In this document: positions 46,019-55,910 of the stretch, in pieces
Layout of the letters: each line of letters opens with the position of its first letter
How positions within the stretch are numbered: the first letter of the stretch is position 1
Source of the DNA: an uncultured Anaerolineales bacterium
GTDB taxonomy: Bacteria > Chloroflexota > Anaerolineae > B4-G1 > SLSP01
Assembly (NCBI GenBank): GCA_964496595.1
Contig: CAZCAI010000001.1
Span: forward strand, 22,514 to 86,513
Length of the DNA stretch: 64,000 nt
Direction: 5' to 3'
The notes under the pieces: generated by a model
The model's input: only the letters and a program-made list of their open reading frames with translations
What the model was told of the DNA's origin: nothing
Databases searched by the model: none
Translations under genes and position numbers: made by a program

Positions 46019-47296
46019 ATGAAAAGGACGATGATGGTCATTGTGGCGCTTTTTGTTGCCACAACATTACTTGCCGGGACGTTCGCAGGTGGATTCTTCG
46101 TGGGGTATTTAGTCAATCGCCCCTCTATGGGAAGTAGTGGGCGCGTTTCGACGATTGAGGCCCCCCGCCCCACGCCGACAGAAAGCGAAGATGGAGAAAC
46201 GACGACAGAAGAGACCGAAGAAACCACGGAAGCGCCTGCGGAATTCGATTACGAGATTCTGCACGATGTTATAGATATTTTGCGCGAACAATACTATGGT
46301 GAAATTCCAGATGGCAAAACCTTAGCCTACGGCGCGATTCGCGGGATGTTGTTGACGTTAGATGATCCCTACACCTCCTTCATCGAGCCGAAGATCGCCA
46401 CTATCCTCAACGAGGATGCCAGCGGGGAGTTCGAGGGCATCGGGGCGATGGTTACGATGACCGAGGATGGCTATCTGGAGGTCTCCAGTCTCTTGCCCGG
46501 CCAGCCCGCCGAGAAGGCAGGCGTGAAACCCGGCGATCTTATCCTGGCTGTGGGCGATGAGTCTATTGTGGGATTGGGTCTCTATGAAGCGATCAGCTAC
46601 GTGCGTGGGCCGGCCGGCAGCGATGCGGAACTGAAGATCGCGAGAGAAGGCGAACCCGATCCTATCTACATCACGGTGACGCGCGCGCGCATCGAGGTTC
46701 CGATGCTCGAAACTGAGATACTGGAAGATGACATTGCTTACATTCATCTGTTGGAGTTCGGGGATGGCGCGACGCGACAGGTAGAGCAAGCGCTCAAGGA
46801 GCTACAGCGCGAGAATCCGCAGGGTTTGGTCTTCGATCTGCGCGGGAATCCCGGCGGCTGGTTGGCCGAATCAATCCAGATGTCTGATCTTTTCCTGGAT
46901 GAAGGTCTGGTGGCTATTAAACGAGAGAGCGATGGCAGCGAGGAGCGTTTCTATTCCTACGACGGAGATCGCGGTGAGGATATTTCGATGGTCGTCCTGA
47001 TCGATCAATACAGCGCCAGCGCCTCGGAAATCGTGGCCGGCGCGTTGCAAGATCGCGGTCGCGCTGTTTTGATTGGAGAACAAACCGTGGGCAAAGGCTC
47101 TGTTCAGCGCCCTTATGATTTGGGCGACGGCTCGCAATTTCGGGTCACCACCTCTCTATGGTTCACCCCAAACGAGCAAAAAATTCACAACAACGGCCTC
47201 ACACCCGATATCGAGGTAGAATTCCCGGCGGAAGCAGAGGAAGACGAGGACCCCCAATTAGAGCGAGCGATTGAATACTTGCGGGAGCAGAACTAA
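46019..47296 (+). CDS. S41-family C-terminal processing peptidase with a PDZ domain.
   Basis: N-terminal TM anchor. PDZ (GDLILAVGDESIVGL). S41 core (RGNPGGWL...; QYSASASEIVAGAL...GEQTVGKGSVQ). Confidence 0.85.
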   Translation: MKRTMMVIVALFVATTLLAGTFAGGFFVGYLVNRPSMGSSGRVSTIEAPRPTPTESEDGETTTEETEETTEAPAEFDYEILHDVIDILREQYYGEIPDGKTLAYGAIRGMLLTLDDPYTSFIEPKIATILNEDASGEFEGIGAMVTMTEDGYLEVSSLLPGQPAEKAGVKPGDLILAVGDESIVGLGLYEAISYVRGPAGSDAELKIAREGEPDPIYITVTRARIEVPMLETEILEDDIAYIHLLEFGDGATRQVEQALKELQRENPQGLVFDLRGNPGGWLAESIQMSDLFLDEGLVAIKRESDGSEERFYSYDGDRGEDISMVVLIDQYSASASEIVAGALQDRGRAVLIGEQTVGKGSVQRPYDLGDGSQFRVTTSLWFTPNEQKIHNNGLTPDIEVEFPAEAEEDEDPQLERAIEYLREQN

Positions 47297-47301
47297 GACT
47301 T

Positions 47302-47787
47302 ATGCCAGAATCGAAGATCGAAATTGTATCAACCAATAGAAAAGCACGCCACGAATACTTCATTGAGGAACGCTATGAGGCGGGGATCGCGCTCAAGGGG
47401 ACAGAGATCAAGTCCGTGCGCGATCACCGCGTCAGCCTCAAAGAGGGCTACGTTGTTGTTCGCAACGGCGAGATGTGGCTGATGGATGTACACATTGCGC
47501 CCTATCAACAAGCCGGCATCTGGACGCACGATCCCAAACGCCCGCGCAAGCTCCTGATGCACCGGCGGGAGATCGACCGCCTTGAGCGCGATATCAATCA
47601 GAAGGGCTATACCATCGTCCCTTTGAAGATGTACATTGTGAATGATTACGCCAAGGTAGAAATCGGCGTCGCGCGAGGTAAACGCAAATACGATAAGCGC
47701 GCGGCCATCGCCGAGCGGGATGCGGATCGGCGGGTGCGGCGGGAGCTGAAAGAGTTCAAGCAACGAGGGGCTCAGGAGCGCTACTAA
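47302..47787 (+). CDS. smpB: SsrA-binding protein.
   Basis: NRKARHEYFIEERYEAGIALKGTEIKS...KLLMHRREI... signature. 161 aa. Confidence 0.9.
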   Translation: MPESKIEIVSTNRKARHEYFIEERYEAGIALKGTEIKSVRDHRVSLKEGYVVVRNGEMWLMDVHIAPYQQAGIWTHDPKRPRKLLMHRREIDRLERDINQKGYTIVPLKMYIVNDYAKVEIGVARGKRKYDKRAAIAERDADRRVRRELKEFKQRGAQERY

Positions 47788-47807
47788 AGACTGAGGGGGT
47801 TAAATGT

Positions 47808-47835
47808 TTGACAACCCACCTAAGTACATTATAAT
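47808..47835 (+). promoter_or_regulatory. Consensus sigma-70-like promoter (TTGACA, 16-nt spacer, TATAAT) upstream of the S1-domain gene.
   Basis: Exact hexamers read from the sequence, ~60 nt upstream of the ATG at 47896. Confidence 0.45.
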
Positions 47836-47895
47836 ATCTCAGTTATTAAGTTTTTAGCAGTTAAAATCAAGAATAAGCAGAAGGAGAATAGTTTT

Positions 47896-48579
47896 ATGCC
47901 AGAAGAAACCCAAAATCAGCCGGCCTCCATCACAGAGATCGAACCCAAGATGCAACTTAAGGGCAAGGTCACCCACACCGAGCTATACGGAGCTTTCGTG
48001 GATGTGGGAGTCGAATGTGATGGTTTAGTTCACATTTCCCAACTCTCCGATGATCGCGTCAAGAAGGTCACCGACGTGGTGGAAGAGGGCAACGAGATCA
48101 ATGTCTGGGTGTTAGATGTGAAACCGGAGCAGGGTCGCATCGCGCTTACGATGGTCGAGCCGCCGGACGTGACTTGGGATGAGTTAGCTCCCGGTCAAGT
48201 GCGCGAAGGTAAAGTGGTCCGAATGGAGCGTTACGGTGCATTTGTGGACATCGGCGCCGCTCGCCCTGGCCTACTTCACGTCAAAGAGATGGGCGATTAT
48301 GTCCGAGAGCCTACCGATATCGTGCGACAAGGAGAAACCATCGAGGTCAAAGTTCTCAAGGTGGATAATCGTAAGCGCCAAATCGATCTCTCGCTTAACA
48401 TCGAAGAGGATATCTCGATGGAGGATGAGGCAGAGGAATTCCTTTCTCCGATGGAAGTGGCCTTCCAGCAAGCCCAATCGAAAGCTCGTCGTAAGAATAA
48501 AAAGCAAAAGGCTCGTGCGCGCCATGGCGATCAGCGACGAGAGGAAATCTATAATCGCACTTTGCAGCACGGGAAGTAG
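47896..48579 (+). CDS. RNA-binding protein with two S1 domains and a Lys/Arg-rich tail.
   Basis: Two S1 repeats (ELYGAFVDVGVECDGLVHISQL...; ERYGAFVDIGAARPGLLHVKEM...). 227 aa. Confidence 0.75.
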   Translation: MPEETQNQPASITEIEPKMQLKGKVTHTELYGAFVDVGVECDGLVHISQLSDDRVKKVTDVVEEGNEINVWVLDVKPEQGRIALTMVEPPDVTWDELAPGQVREGKVVRMERYGAFVDIGAARPGLLHVKEMGDYVREPTDIVRQGETIEVKVLKVDNRKRQIDLSLNIEEDISMEDEAEEFLSPMEVAFQQAQSKARRKNKKQKARARHGDQRREEIYNRTLQHGK

Positions 48580-48603
48580 ACCGCTTCCTATTCCTAACGG
48601 CGT

Positions 48604-50913
48604 TTATCGCACCTTAATCGATTCCTTCAGCACAATGTGATCTGATGCATGCCCCGATTCTGCCCAAAGAATCGGCAGGCGCGTATTAGTTTGGAGTAGG
48701 TAAATCCCCACGGATACTGTATACTCCCCACTTGGCAACTCCTGAGGTAAGGCCAACCGATGGTCGTCCCACACGTAGCGATCGGTTGGCCAGCGATTTG
48801 TCGGGAACCCCGCCGGATTTAGATGATCCGATTGCGCCCATACTTCGCCATCTGGCCCCACAAAATGCACAAAGGATTGATACGTCTCCGTCAGGGGATG
48901 CTGCGCATGCCAGTAAAGCGTCACATCTAAAGCGCCGCCAGACCGCACATGCTTTGCAGATAAATCAAAGCCGAGCAAGCTGATCTTGCCGCCAATATCA
49001 GCTTGCTGATGATATTGAGCCACACGCGCCTCTCCTGGCGGGGAGTGATAGTGGAACCATCCGAAGGCGCTATCCCCCAATTTTAGCAGAAGCATTATCA
49101 CAATGATGCCTCCCATCCAGGCCAGCAGCGGCGAGGATGACGTCAGGGTTTTCTCTCCCTTGCTTTCTTCGGCGTCGGCGTCTGTTCTTTCATCGTTTGC
49201 ATGAGTGCCGATAAGATAGAGCATTCCCCCAATTAGACTGAGTCCGGTAATGCCCCACCCTAGCTTACGCGGCCATGTATCCTCAAATTGAACCCAGACT
49301 TCGTGTTCTCCAGCAGGCACTTCAACAGCAATGAAGCCTTCTGGATGCGCGATATCAATTGGCACCGGTTGACCATCGATGTAGGCGCGCCAACCGGGGA
49401 AATAAAAAAGATAGAGACGTAGCAGAAATTTCTCCGGTGTGACGATAGTGAAGTGATTATGCCATGGCGCGGAGGGCAGCACCTCGACATGAGCTTGCTC
49501 CGGCAGTGTGTAGCGATTGACGCGATCCACAGGCGGGGGATATGAGGCTAAGACGCTCTCGTGAGGGCCGGGGATCATATCTACTGTGGAGGGCACAAAA
49601 TCGTTGGTGGAGGTTGTACCCCGCCAAAGTCCTTCTAGCTCCTCCTCGATAATGGATCGTGGTGTGATGACGCCAAAAGCGTTCTCCCAAGGCGGCAGCG
49701 CAAGGCCTGGCAGACCAGTAAACACAACGCCTCCCAAAAATAGTATCAGTAGCGCCATTGAACGTTTGTTCTGGGAAGCACGACGACCCAGGATTGCAAT
49801 AGGCGGCGCGATCAGCGCCGCTAACGGCCCTAAAAATCGCCATGGGAATTGATAGTAGGCCATACCCGGCACAAGCTCCCACACGGGCCTACTCAATGGG
49901 GTGATTAGAAAGAGGGCTGTTGCTCCACTCGCCACATAAAATCCAATGGAGCGAAAAATCCGTTGCTTGAGGGCCAGAAGCGCGCCTAGAATGAAAAGCA
50001 TGGCCTGTATAAGGCCAAACGTCATCGGGATATAGGGAACCATCGCGCCCCAATCTAATTCAGGTAGTGGGGCGAAGAGTTCGCGGAGCATCACAAAGTG
50101 ATTACGAAAATCGTAGTGTCCTTCCCCGGCCACGTCCAACTTGATGTATGTCCGCTCTATCAAAAAGGGCAACCAGAAGTAAGCAGTCAATCCAACGACG
50201 AGGACGCCGGCCAACAGCGCCCGCCAGAAGCCTGCGCGCGCTCTAAGTCCTATCCAGTGCCATAAGGAGAGCGTCGCCAGGAGGATCATCGTGGTGAGGC
50301 CGCTCAGATTGTGGCTCAGCAATACCCCTCCAGCACTGAGGATGGCGAGGATGAAGCTCTTTTTGTCACCATCCTGCCAGAGACACTCCCAACTCCATAA
50401 GGCCCCCGGGATCAACGACACGGCGAACACCTCGGCCAAATTGCCCCGGATATGAGGATTGATCAGAAAAATATAAGGGCTGAAGGTGAAAGCCGCTGCG
50501 GCCAAGAGTCCCCCACCCTGTCGCCCGAATTTTTCCCCCAAGAGGTAAGCTCCCACCGCGCCTAATATCTGGGAGAGGATAAAGAGCAACTTCGCGCCAG
50601 TAGCCGCGTGTTGTGGTTGGAGCAACGTCAGCCAATTGCCCAGATGATAGATCAGCGGTGCGTAATAATTGAAGATGGGGTAGCCGTGTCCGTAGTAAAA
50701 ATCAGGCGCCCAGCGGGGATAGAGGTTGCCCGCCTGGAGACTGAAACCCAACTCAGCAATCCGAAAGACATGAAGTTCGGCATCTGTTGCGCCAGGCAAC
50801 CCTGGATTGACGAGGAAGGGCCAAGAAGCCATGACCCCTAAGACTACTGCCAATAAAAGCCCCAGATTGTGCGCCCGCGGATTATGCGCTCGCGCAGACC
50901 GTTTACTTCGCAT
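48604..50913 (-). CDS. Large polytopic membrane protein, YfhO-like / GT-C-like putative glycosyltransferase.
   Basis: 769 aa with many TM helices. N-terminal region (DAELHVFRIAELGFSLQAGNLYPRWAPDFYYGHGYPIFNYY) resembles the YfhO family. Confidence 0.55.
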   Translation of the reverse strand: MRSKRSARAHNPRAHNLGLLLAVVLGVMASWPFLVNPGLPGATDAELHVFRIAELGFSLQAGNLYPRWAPDFYYGHGYPIFNYYAPLIYHLGNWLTLLQPQHAATGAKLLFILSQILGAVGAYLLGEKFGRQGGGLLAAAAFTFSPYIFLINPHIRGNLAEVFAVSLIPGALWSWECLWQDGDKKSFILAILSAGGVLLSHNLSGLTTMILLATLSLWHWIGLRARAGFWRALLAGVLVVGLTAYFWLPFLIERTYIKLDVAGEGHYDFRNHFVMLRELFAPLPELDWGAMVPYIPMTFGLIQAMLFILGALLALKQRIFRSIGFYVASGATALFLITPLSRPVWELVPGMAYYQFPWRFLGPLAALIAPPIAILGRRASQNKRSMALLILFLGGVVFTGLPGLALPPWENAFGVITPRSIIEEELEGLWRGTTSTNDFVPSTVDMIPGPHESVLASYPPPVDRVNRYTLPEQAHVEVLPSAPWHNHFTIVTPEKFLLRLYLFYFPGWRAYIDGQPVPIDIAHPEGFIAVEVPAGEHEVWVQFEDTWPRKLGWGITGLSLIGGMLYLIGTHANDERTDADAEESKGEKTLTSSSPLLAWMGGIIVIMLLLKLGDSAFGWFHYHSPPGEARVAQYHQQADIGGKISLLGFDLSAKHVRSGGALDVTLYWHAQHPLTETYQSFVHFVGPDGEVWAQSDHLNPAGFPTNRWPTDRYVWDDHRLALPQELPSGEYTVSVGIYLLQTNTRLPILWAESGHASDHIVLKESIKVR

Positions 50914-51015
50914 AGTCTATTTTTACCTTATCAGAAAAGACAAAAAGAGCCGTTTTTCATCTCAGGTTCTGTGACTACGCGAAATATTACCTGGGAATAT
51001 AAATCCATACGCGAA

Positions 51016-51708
51016 CTACTCGTCTTGCTCAAACCGCAATCCATGTCCCCGCACAGTCACAACATATTCATGGTCTGGATTTAACTCTGCCAACCGTTCC
51101 CGGAGACGATAAACTAACGCATCGACAGCTTGATCCGTCACACCACCAACCGCATCGGGCCAGACCACTTGGATAATCTCCTGCCGCGTGACAACGCGCT
51201 CGTCTGAAGAAACCAACAAGTCCAGAAGAGCAAATTGAGCCGGGGAAAGCGGTGGATCCAACTCCTCGCGCCCCAGGCAAACACGGCGCGTTGTGAGATG
51301 CACCTGCAATTTAGATGAGGCCTCTGATGCGCCTGACAAGGCATCCGAAGCATCTAAGGAGATAGACTCTTCCGATTCCAACGGCAACGTCGCATCTCCG
51401 GCGACAAATCCCATTTGTACCGTCATCGCCAAATTGATCTCATCGCCATCGCGGAGACGGTAAGGTTGTTTTCGCACCGGCTTATCATTCACGAAGGTGC
51501 CATTTTTGCTCCCCAGGTCTCGCAAGAGATAGCCGCGCTCGTCGTGCTCGATGCGCGCGTGATAGCGCGAAATTTGTCGCTCTAACATCACAAGGTCGCA
51601 ATCCGAGCCACGACCAATCGTCGTAGTATCATTCTCCAGCGGCCATCGCGTACCCGCCAACGCACCTTTATAGATGATCAAAAATGGACGATTTTCTTCT
51701 GATTCCAT
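51016..51708 (-). CDS. FHA-domain transcriptional regulator with a C-terminal OmpR-type winged helix.
   Basis: N-terminal FHA (TTIGRGSDCDLVM...ISRYHARI...GSKNGTFVN). C-terminal trans_reg_C (LSPAQFALLDLL...VTVRGHGLRF). Confidence 0.8.
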   Translation of the reverse strand: MESEENRPFLIIYKGALAGTRWPLENDTTTIGRGSDCDLVMLERQISRYHARIEHDERGYLLRDLGSKNGTFVNDKPVRKQPYRLRDGDEINLAMTVQMGFVAGDATLPLESEESISLDASDALSGASEASSKLQVHLTTRRVCLGREELDPPLSPAQFALLDLLVSSDERVVTRQEIIQVVWPDAVGGVTDQAVDALVYRLRERLAELNPDHEYVVTVRGHGLRFEQDE

Positions 51709-51836
51709 TACGTCTCCTCATTACTCCTACTTTACTCCTACTTTAGATCGGAAAATAGCCCCATTGTTCGGGCCGACGTCCTCGCCGTGCCCGTGGTAGC
51801 TTGGCGGGGACGCCAGCCACAACCCACGATGAAACC

Positions 51837-51864
51837 TTGACATGCATTTCAACCGGGTTATGAT
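51837..51864 (+). promoter_or_regulatory. Sigma-70-like promoter (TTGACA, 16-nt spacer, TATGAT) for the Ser/Thr kinase gene. It implies a leaderless or short-leader start near 51875.
   Basis: Hexamers read from the sequence. The first in-frame ATG after the -10 is ~10 nt downstream. Confidence 0.35.
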
Positions 51865-52855
51865 CAAGCTTACTATGGTAAAGTTGCTGACTTCTCAGGT
51901 CTTACTCAAAAACAGGTATAAGATCGTCGGGCCGATTGGTCAAGGGGGGATGGGCGCCGTCTATCGCGCCGCAGATACGATCTTGACCGGTCGCATCTGC
52001 GCCATCAAAGAGATTGTACCAGATCCAGCAATGGAAGAGTCCAACCGCCGCCAAATCCAAGAACAATTCCGGCAGGAGGCCTCCGTCCTGGCTCGATTGG
52101 ATCATCCCAACTTGCCTAAAGTCTCCGATTATTTCACTCAAAAAGAGCGCGAGTACCTCGTGATGGATTTTGTGCCAGGTCACGACTTGCGCGAATTGCT
52201 CATGCAAGCTCAACAGGATGAGGATTTCCTTAAAGAAGCGCAAGTGTTGGATTGGGCTGATCAGTTGTGTAGCGCTTTATCCTATCTGCACCATCAAGAC
52301 CCACCCATTTTACACCGCGATATTAAACCCTCCAACATTAAACTCACACCCTCCGGCTTACTCAAGCTGGTAGACTTTGGCTTAGTCAAAGTGCTGACAC
52401 ACGATGAGGCGCGGACAATTACGGTCGTTCAGGGGCGCGGAACCGCCGCCTACACGCCGATAGAGCAATATGGCGGCGATGACACCCACACGGATACCCG
52501 CAGTGATATTTACGCCCTGGGCGCGACTCTCTATCATCTTCTAACGGGGAAACCGCCGGCGACAGCCCGCGAGCGCTTTCTTAAGCCAGAATTGCTCGCC
52601 CCGCCACGTGAGATTAACCCCCACATCCGGCCAGCCGTCGAACAAGCGATCTTAGCTGCGTTGGCGCTCCATCCCTCCGACCGGATCGCGGACATCGAGA
52701 CGTTCCAGGAGATGCTGCATCAATCCACCGGCCCGCTCAATGTCACGCCCTTTGTGCTGTCCTCACGCGAGTTGGATGGCGTCGTCCGCTCCAACCTCCC
52801 CTTGATCTTCATCGCCTTGGGCCTGCTGGCGATTGCGATTTTGCTAACGCCCTAG
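51842..52855 (+). CDS. Hanks-type Ser/Thr protein kinase with a C-terminal TM anchor. The true start is probably the ATG near 51875 (MVKLLTSQ...).
   Basis: [12 protein letters not shown]...AIKE...[11 protein letters not shown]...DFGLVK...TAAYTPIEQ. Hydrophobic C-terminus. Confidence 0.85.
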   Translation: MHFNRVMIKLTMVKLLTSQVLLKNRYKIVGPIGQGGMGAVYRAADTILTGRICAIKEIVPDPAMEESNRRQIQEQFRQEASVLARLDHPNLPKVSDYFTQKEREYLVMDFVPGHDLRELLMQAQQDEDFLKEAQVLDWADQLCSALSYLHHQDPPILHRDIKPSNIKLTPSGLLKLVDFGLVKVLTHDEARTITVVQGRGTAAYTPIEQYGGDDTHTDTRSDIYALGATLYHLLTGKPPATARERFLKPELLAPPREINPHIRPAVEQAILAALALHPSDRIADIETFQEMLHQSTGPLNVTPFVLSSRELDGVVRSNLPLIFIALGLLAIAILLTP

Positions 52856-52861
52856 CGCGCC

Positions 52862-55837
52862 TTAGCGCCGCCTTAGCGCCGCTCGAGCGCGGCCAGGAGG
52901 CGCTCCCCGCGAACTACGCCTCAGAGAGTCGACCAACATCACAACCAACAATACAAGGCCGCCCACACCCAAGGTAATGACGCCGGCCAAAAATTCCCGT
53001 TGCTCTATCCCATAGTACCACGCAGGGATTCGAAATCGCCCCAGGATGACCCAGAACACATAGGTCGTCAGACTGCCGATAGCGCCTAACAACCCCAGGC
53101 GCGTGGCCGTCGCGGCCTGCATCTTACGCTCGCGCCCCCAAACAATTCCCAACACCATGACGGCCAATGCGCCCGTCATGGCCCAGCCTAAAAGCTGCCA
53201 TCGCTGTGGTCGGGGCAATTGAATTGGCTCGGGGAGGCGCTGGACTTTGGGCAAGTCTGGCTGCGCCGTGGACGTCATAGCCCCCGCTTCCTCTTCCTCT
53301 TCCCCTTCTTCTACCTCAACAGAAGGCGTGGGCGTGAGCGTGATAGAAGTCACCACGACAGATTGATCCTCGCGAATGGTCAGTTGGAGCCGCACCGACG
53401 AGAGCGCCGGCTCCGATTGCACGGTGATGTCCAACTGTCCCACTCGATCCAAAGTGACAGAGGTAGCGCCGATGCCCTCCTGCGTCTGGGCATCTACAAC
53501 CTGCTCAATTCCCTCTTGCGGATAGGATAGGATAAACCTCACGGACGTTCCATCCGGCGCAGGATGGCCATTGCGATCCACAATCACCCCCGTCCGCAAG
53601 TTAACGACATCGCCCTTCCGAATGTTGCTCAGTTTGAGGGGCGTCAACACCTCGCCGGCGACATCCACCAGATTCAGCCCAATCATCTGAGCGGGGTCTG
53701 GCCTGGTCTGCTGCATAATATCATAGTTCAAAGCCGGGATACTCACCGGCGACGCGCCAGAAGCGACCAAATCGCGGAAAAGCGCGCGAACCCCCGCCTC
53801 GACGAAGGCCGCGCCGGGCGAATAAAGCGCGTAGTAGAGATCCAATTTACTGATCTCTGTGCTATCCAGCTCATAGGGCGAGCCAAACGCCAACACCACC
53901 AATCGAGCATCCAATAGACCCGCCTGCTCCCGCAAGAAATCCTTTAACGCCGTGGCGTTGGGATCATCTGGATATAGTCCCATCGGTGCAAAGATGATCC
54001 AATCCGCCTGCTCGAGCGCATCGAAGACGACGTTAGCGATCGGTAAAGGCGCCGGCGTTGCCGTTGCTGTCGGTGTTTCCTCCGTGGCTGACGACGCACC
54101 CTCCCCTGCCTCGCCCTCAATGGGTTCCAGTACTTCCTCCGGCGGTTCAATCATCACCGGTTGCGGGCCGGTCTCCAACGCCCGGCGCAGTTGGGAAAAG
54201 GTAAACGATTGAATCGTCCCCGGCTCTATAACGCCCGTCCCCTGTGGCCCATAGAAACGCTGCATCGCCCCAGATAATGTATCTCGCTGCAACAGAGGTA
54301 ATGCCGGCCCGCCGGCCACCGGCTGGGCATCGTATTCCTGAGTAAAGATTACAATCCTCTCATCTTCCCGCGGCGGTGATGGCAACAGATCCTCCGAAAG
54401 CGGGAAGATCAACGTCAGCGCGTTCATCGCCGTCTGCGCGCCGACGCTCCGCTCCTCCGCCAAGATCGCTTCGGCTGCCCCCGGCGTGACGCTCACCGCC
54501 GGCAATGAGAATTCCGGGAATGCCCGTAACTTCATTTGCAAAACACGATACACCGCTCCATCCACGATACTCTGGAAGGTCGTATCGCTCTCATACAAGG
54601 CAGTCAGGAATTCCAGAGTGTCCCGGATATTCGCAAAGTGCGTCGTCCATTCCCCATCGGCGGAAAATCTATCCAAGATGAGGAGATCATTGCCGGCGAT
54701 CAATGCCTCCTGAACGACACGGCGGGCGTTAAACGATGTGCCTTCCGGGTTGTAAAATTCCCGTATCGAACGCACGCCCAAATTATCGGCGACCAACACG
54801 CCGCCCGCATCCCGCCAGCCCGCGACCTGTTCCAGGCTCATCAGGAGCTTGAGCGCTTGCGCGTCCAAACTGATAGGTTGCGTGGAAATCCGAATATTGC
54901 CTTCGAAGCCCCGGTAGCGGTTGTGCGTCACCAGAACGCCATCCGCAGCCGAGCCGACTCCCGGCGCCTCCGCCATCACAGCGAAAAAGGGCGCCAACTC
55001 ATTTTGCTCCAGCTCGGCGAGGGATTTCTGAATAGTCGGGATTTCCTCACTCACCGAACGATCCGCGCTTCCCAGGCCGGGCAAGTGACGCGGTACGACT
55101 AGCATCCGCTGCTCGCTGCCCTCGTGCATCCCACGAACGTAGGCTTGACCAAGTCGCCCCACCCAAAAGGGATGGCTGCCGAAAACCCGCGCGCCGAGAT
55201 CAGAAGGATCGCCCGGACGCGGCGTCAACAGGACATCCAAATCCGGGCCTAAGAAGAGATTGACGCCCAACGCCGACAACTCGCGGCCCATCACATAGCC
55301 CGCCGTCTCGGCCACTGTCTGATCCCACGTCGCGCCCAAAGCCATAGGCGTCGGTAGGGAGGTCGTCTCGGAGATGAAGCCTGTGATCGGCATGCCCTCC
55401 GCGCTGGCCGTCGTCGCGACGAAGAGCGGGATATAGGGAGCATCGCCATCGCCCGCCTCACCCGATGATGGCGCGGCCAGCGCCTGAAGCTGATTTGTCA
55501 TGGAGATCAATGTGAGGGGGGCCACCCGGCGCGCGCCAAAATTTCCGTTCGCCGGACGCAGGATCACGCCGCCGATGCCGTAGTCGCGAATCAGCGTCGC
55601 GATCTCCGAATCGAAGCTGGGCGCAACGCCGGGGAAGGAGACCACCACCAACTGCCCCACCCTCTCGGCCGGGGACATCTGAGACATTATTTCCATGACA
55701 GGATCTGTCGTCGAATCTGGCGTTGGCTCCTGTGCCTGTACAGTTGGGACGACTGCGAACATCAGCACCCACGCCACGATCCCCCGCCAAATCCCGCTCC
55801 ATCTATGGGATTTCATCATGATTCTCCTCAGCGTCAT
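52862..55837 (-). CDS. Large glycoside hydrolase family 3 (NagZ/beta-hexosaminidase-like N-terminal domain) protein with a signal peptide and C-terminal TM segments.
   Basis: 991 aa. GH3 N-domain signatures (GGVILRPANGNF; GVNLFLGPDLDV; RHLPGLGS; ALIAGNDLLIL). The C-terminal ~120 aa are hydrophobic and Arg-rich. Confidence 0.7.
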   Translation of the reverse strand: MTLRRIMMKSHRWSGIWRGIVAWVLMFAVVPTVQAQEPTPDSTTDPVMEIMSQMSPAERVGQLVVVSFPGVAPSFDSEIATLIRDYGIGGVILRPANGNFGARRVAPLTLISMTNQLQALAAPSSGEAGDGDAPYIPLFVATTASAEGMPITGFISETTSLPTPMALGATWDQTVAETAGYVMGRELSALGVNLFLGPDLDVLLTPRPGDPSDLGARVFGSHPFWVGRLGQAYVRGMHEGSEQRMLVVPRHLPGLGSADRSVSEEIPTIQKSLAELEQNELAPFFAVMAEAPGVGSAADGVLVTHNRYRGFEGNIRISTQPISLDAQALKLLMSLEQVAGWRDAGGVLVADNLGVRSIREFYNPEGTSFNARRVVQEALIAGNDLLILDRFSADGEWTTHFANIRDTLEFLTALYESDTTFQSIVDGAVYRVLQMKLRAFPEFSLPAVSVTPGAAEAILAEERSVGAQTAMNALTLIFPLSEDLLPSPPREDERIVIFTQEYDAQPVAGGPALPLLQRDTLSGAMQRFYGPQGTGVIEPGTIQSFTFSQLRRALETGPQPVMIEPPEEVLEPIEGEAGEGASSATEETPTATATPAPLPIANVVFDALEQADWIIFAPMGLYPDDPNATALKDFLREQAGLLDARLVVLAFGSPYELDSTEISKLDLYYALYSPGAAFVEAGVRALFRDLVASGASPVSIPALNYDIMQQTRPDPAQMIGLNLVDVAGEVLTPLKLSNIRKGDVVNLRTGVIVDRNGHPAPDGTSVRFILSYPQEGIEQVVDAQTQEGIGATSVTLDRVGQLDITVQSEPALSSVRLQLTIREDQSVVVTSITLTPTPSVEVEEGEEEEEAGAMTSTAQPDLPKVQRLPEPIQLPRPQRWQLLGWAMTGALAVMVLGIVWGRERKMQAATATRLGLLGAIGSLTTYVFWVILGRFRIPAWYYGIEQREFLAGVITLGVGGLVLLVVMLVDSLRRSSRGAPPGRARAALRRR

Positions 55838-55910
55838 TTTAACGCAGAGAGAGGATTAAGCAAGTCCCCAAAATATTGTGCTAAGAATCAGTATATTCAC
55901 CACGGATGAT

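Noticed and set aside
45859-46227. 122-aa minus-strand ORF in the AT-rich region upstream of the S41 peptidase.
   Set aside because: It overlaps the well-supported N-terminus of the peptidase gene on the other strand. Its translation has low complexity (SVSSVVVSPSS...) and no RBS.
47788-47895. Search for tmRNA (ssrA) next to smpB.
   Set aside because: The 108-bp spacer is too short for a tmRNA. It has no tRNA-like GGGG...CCA ends and is better explained by a consensus promoter for the downstream S1-domain gene.
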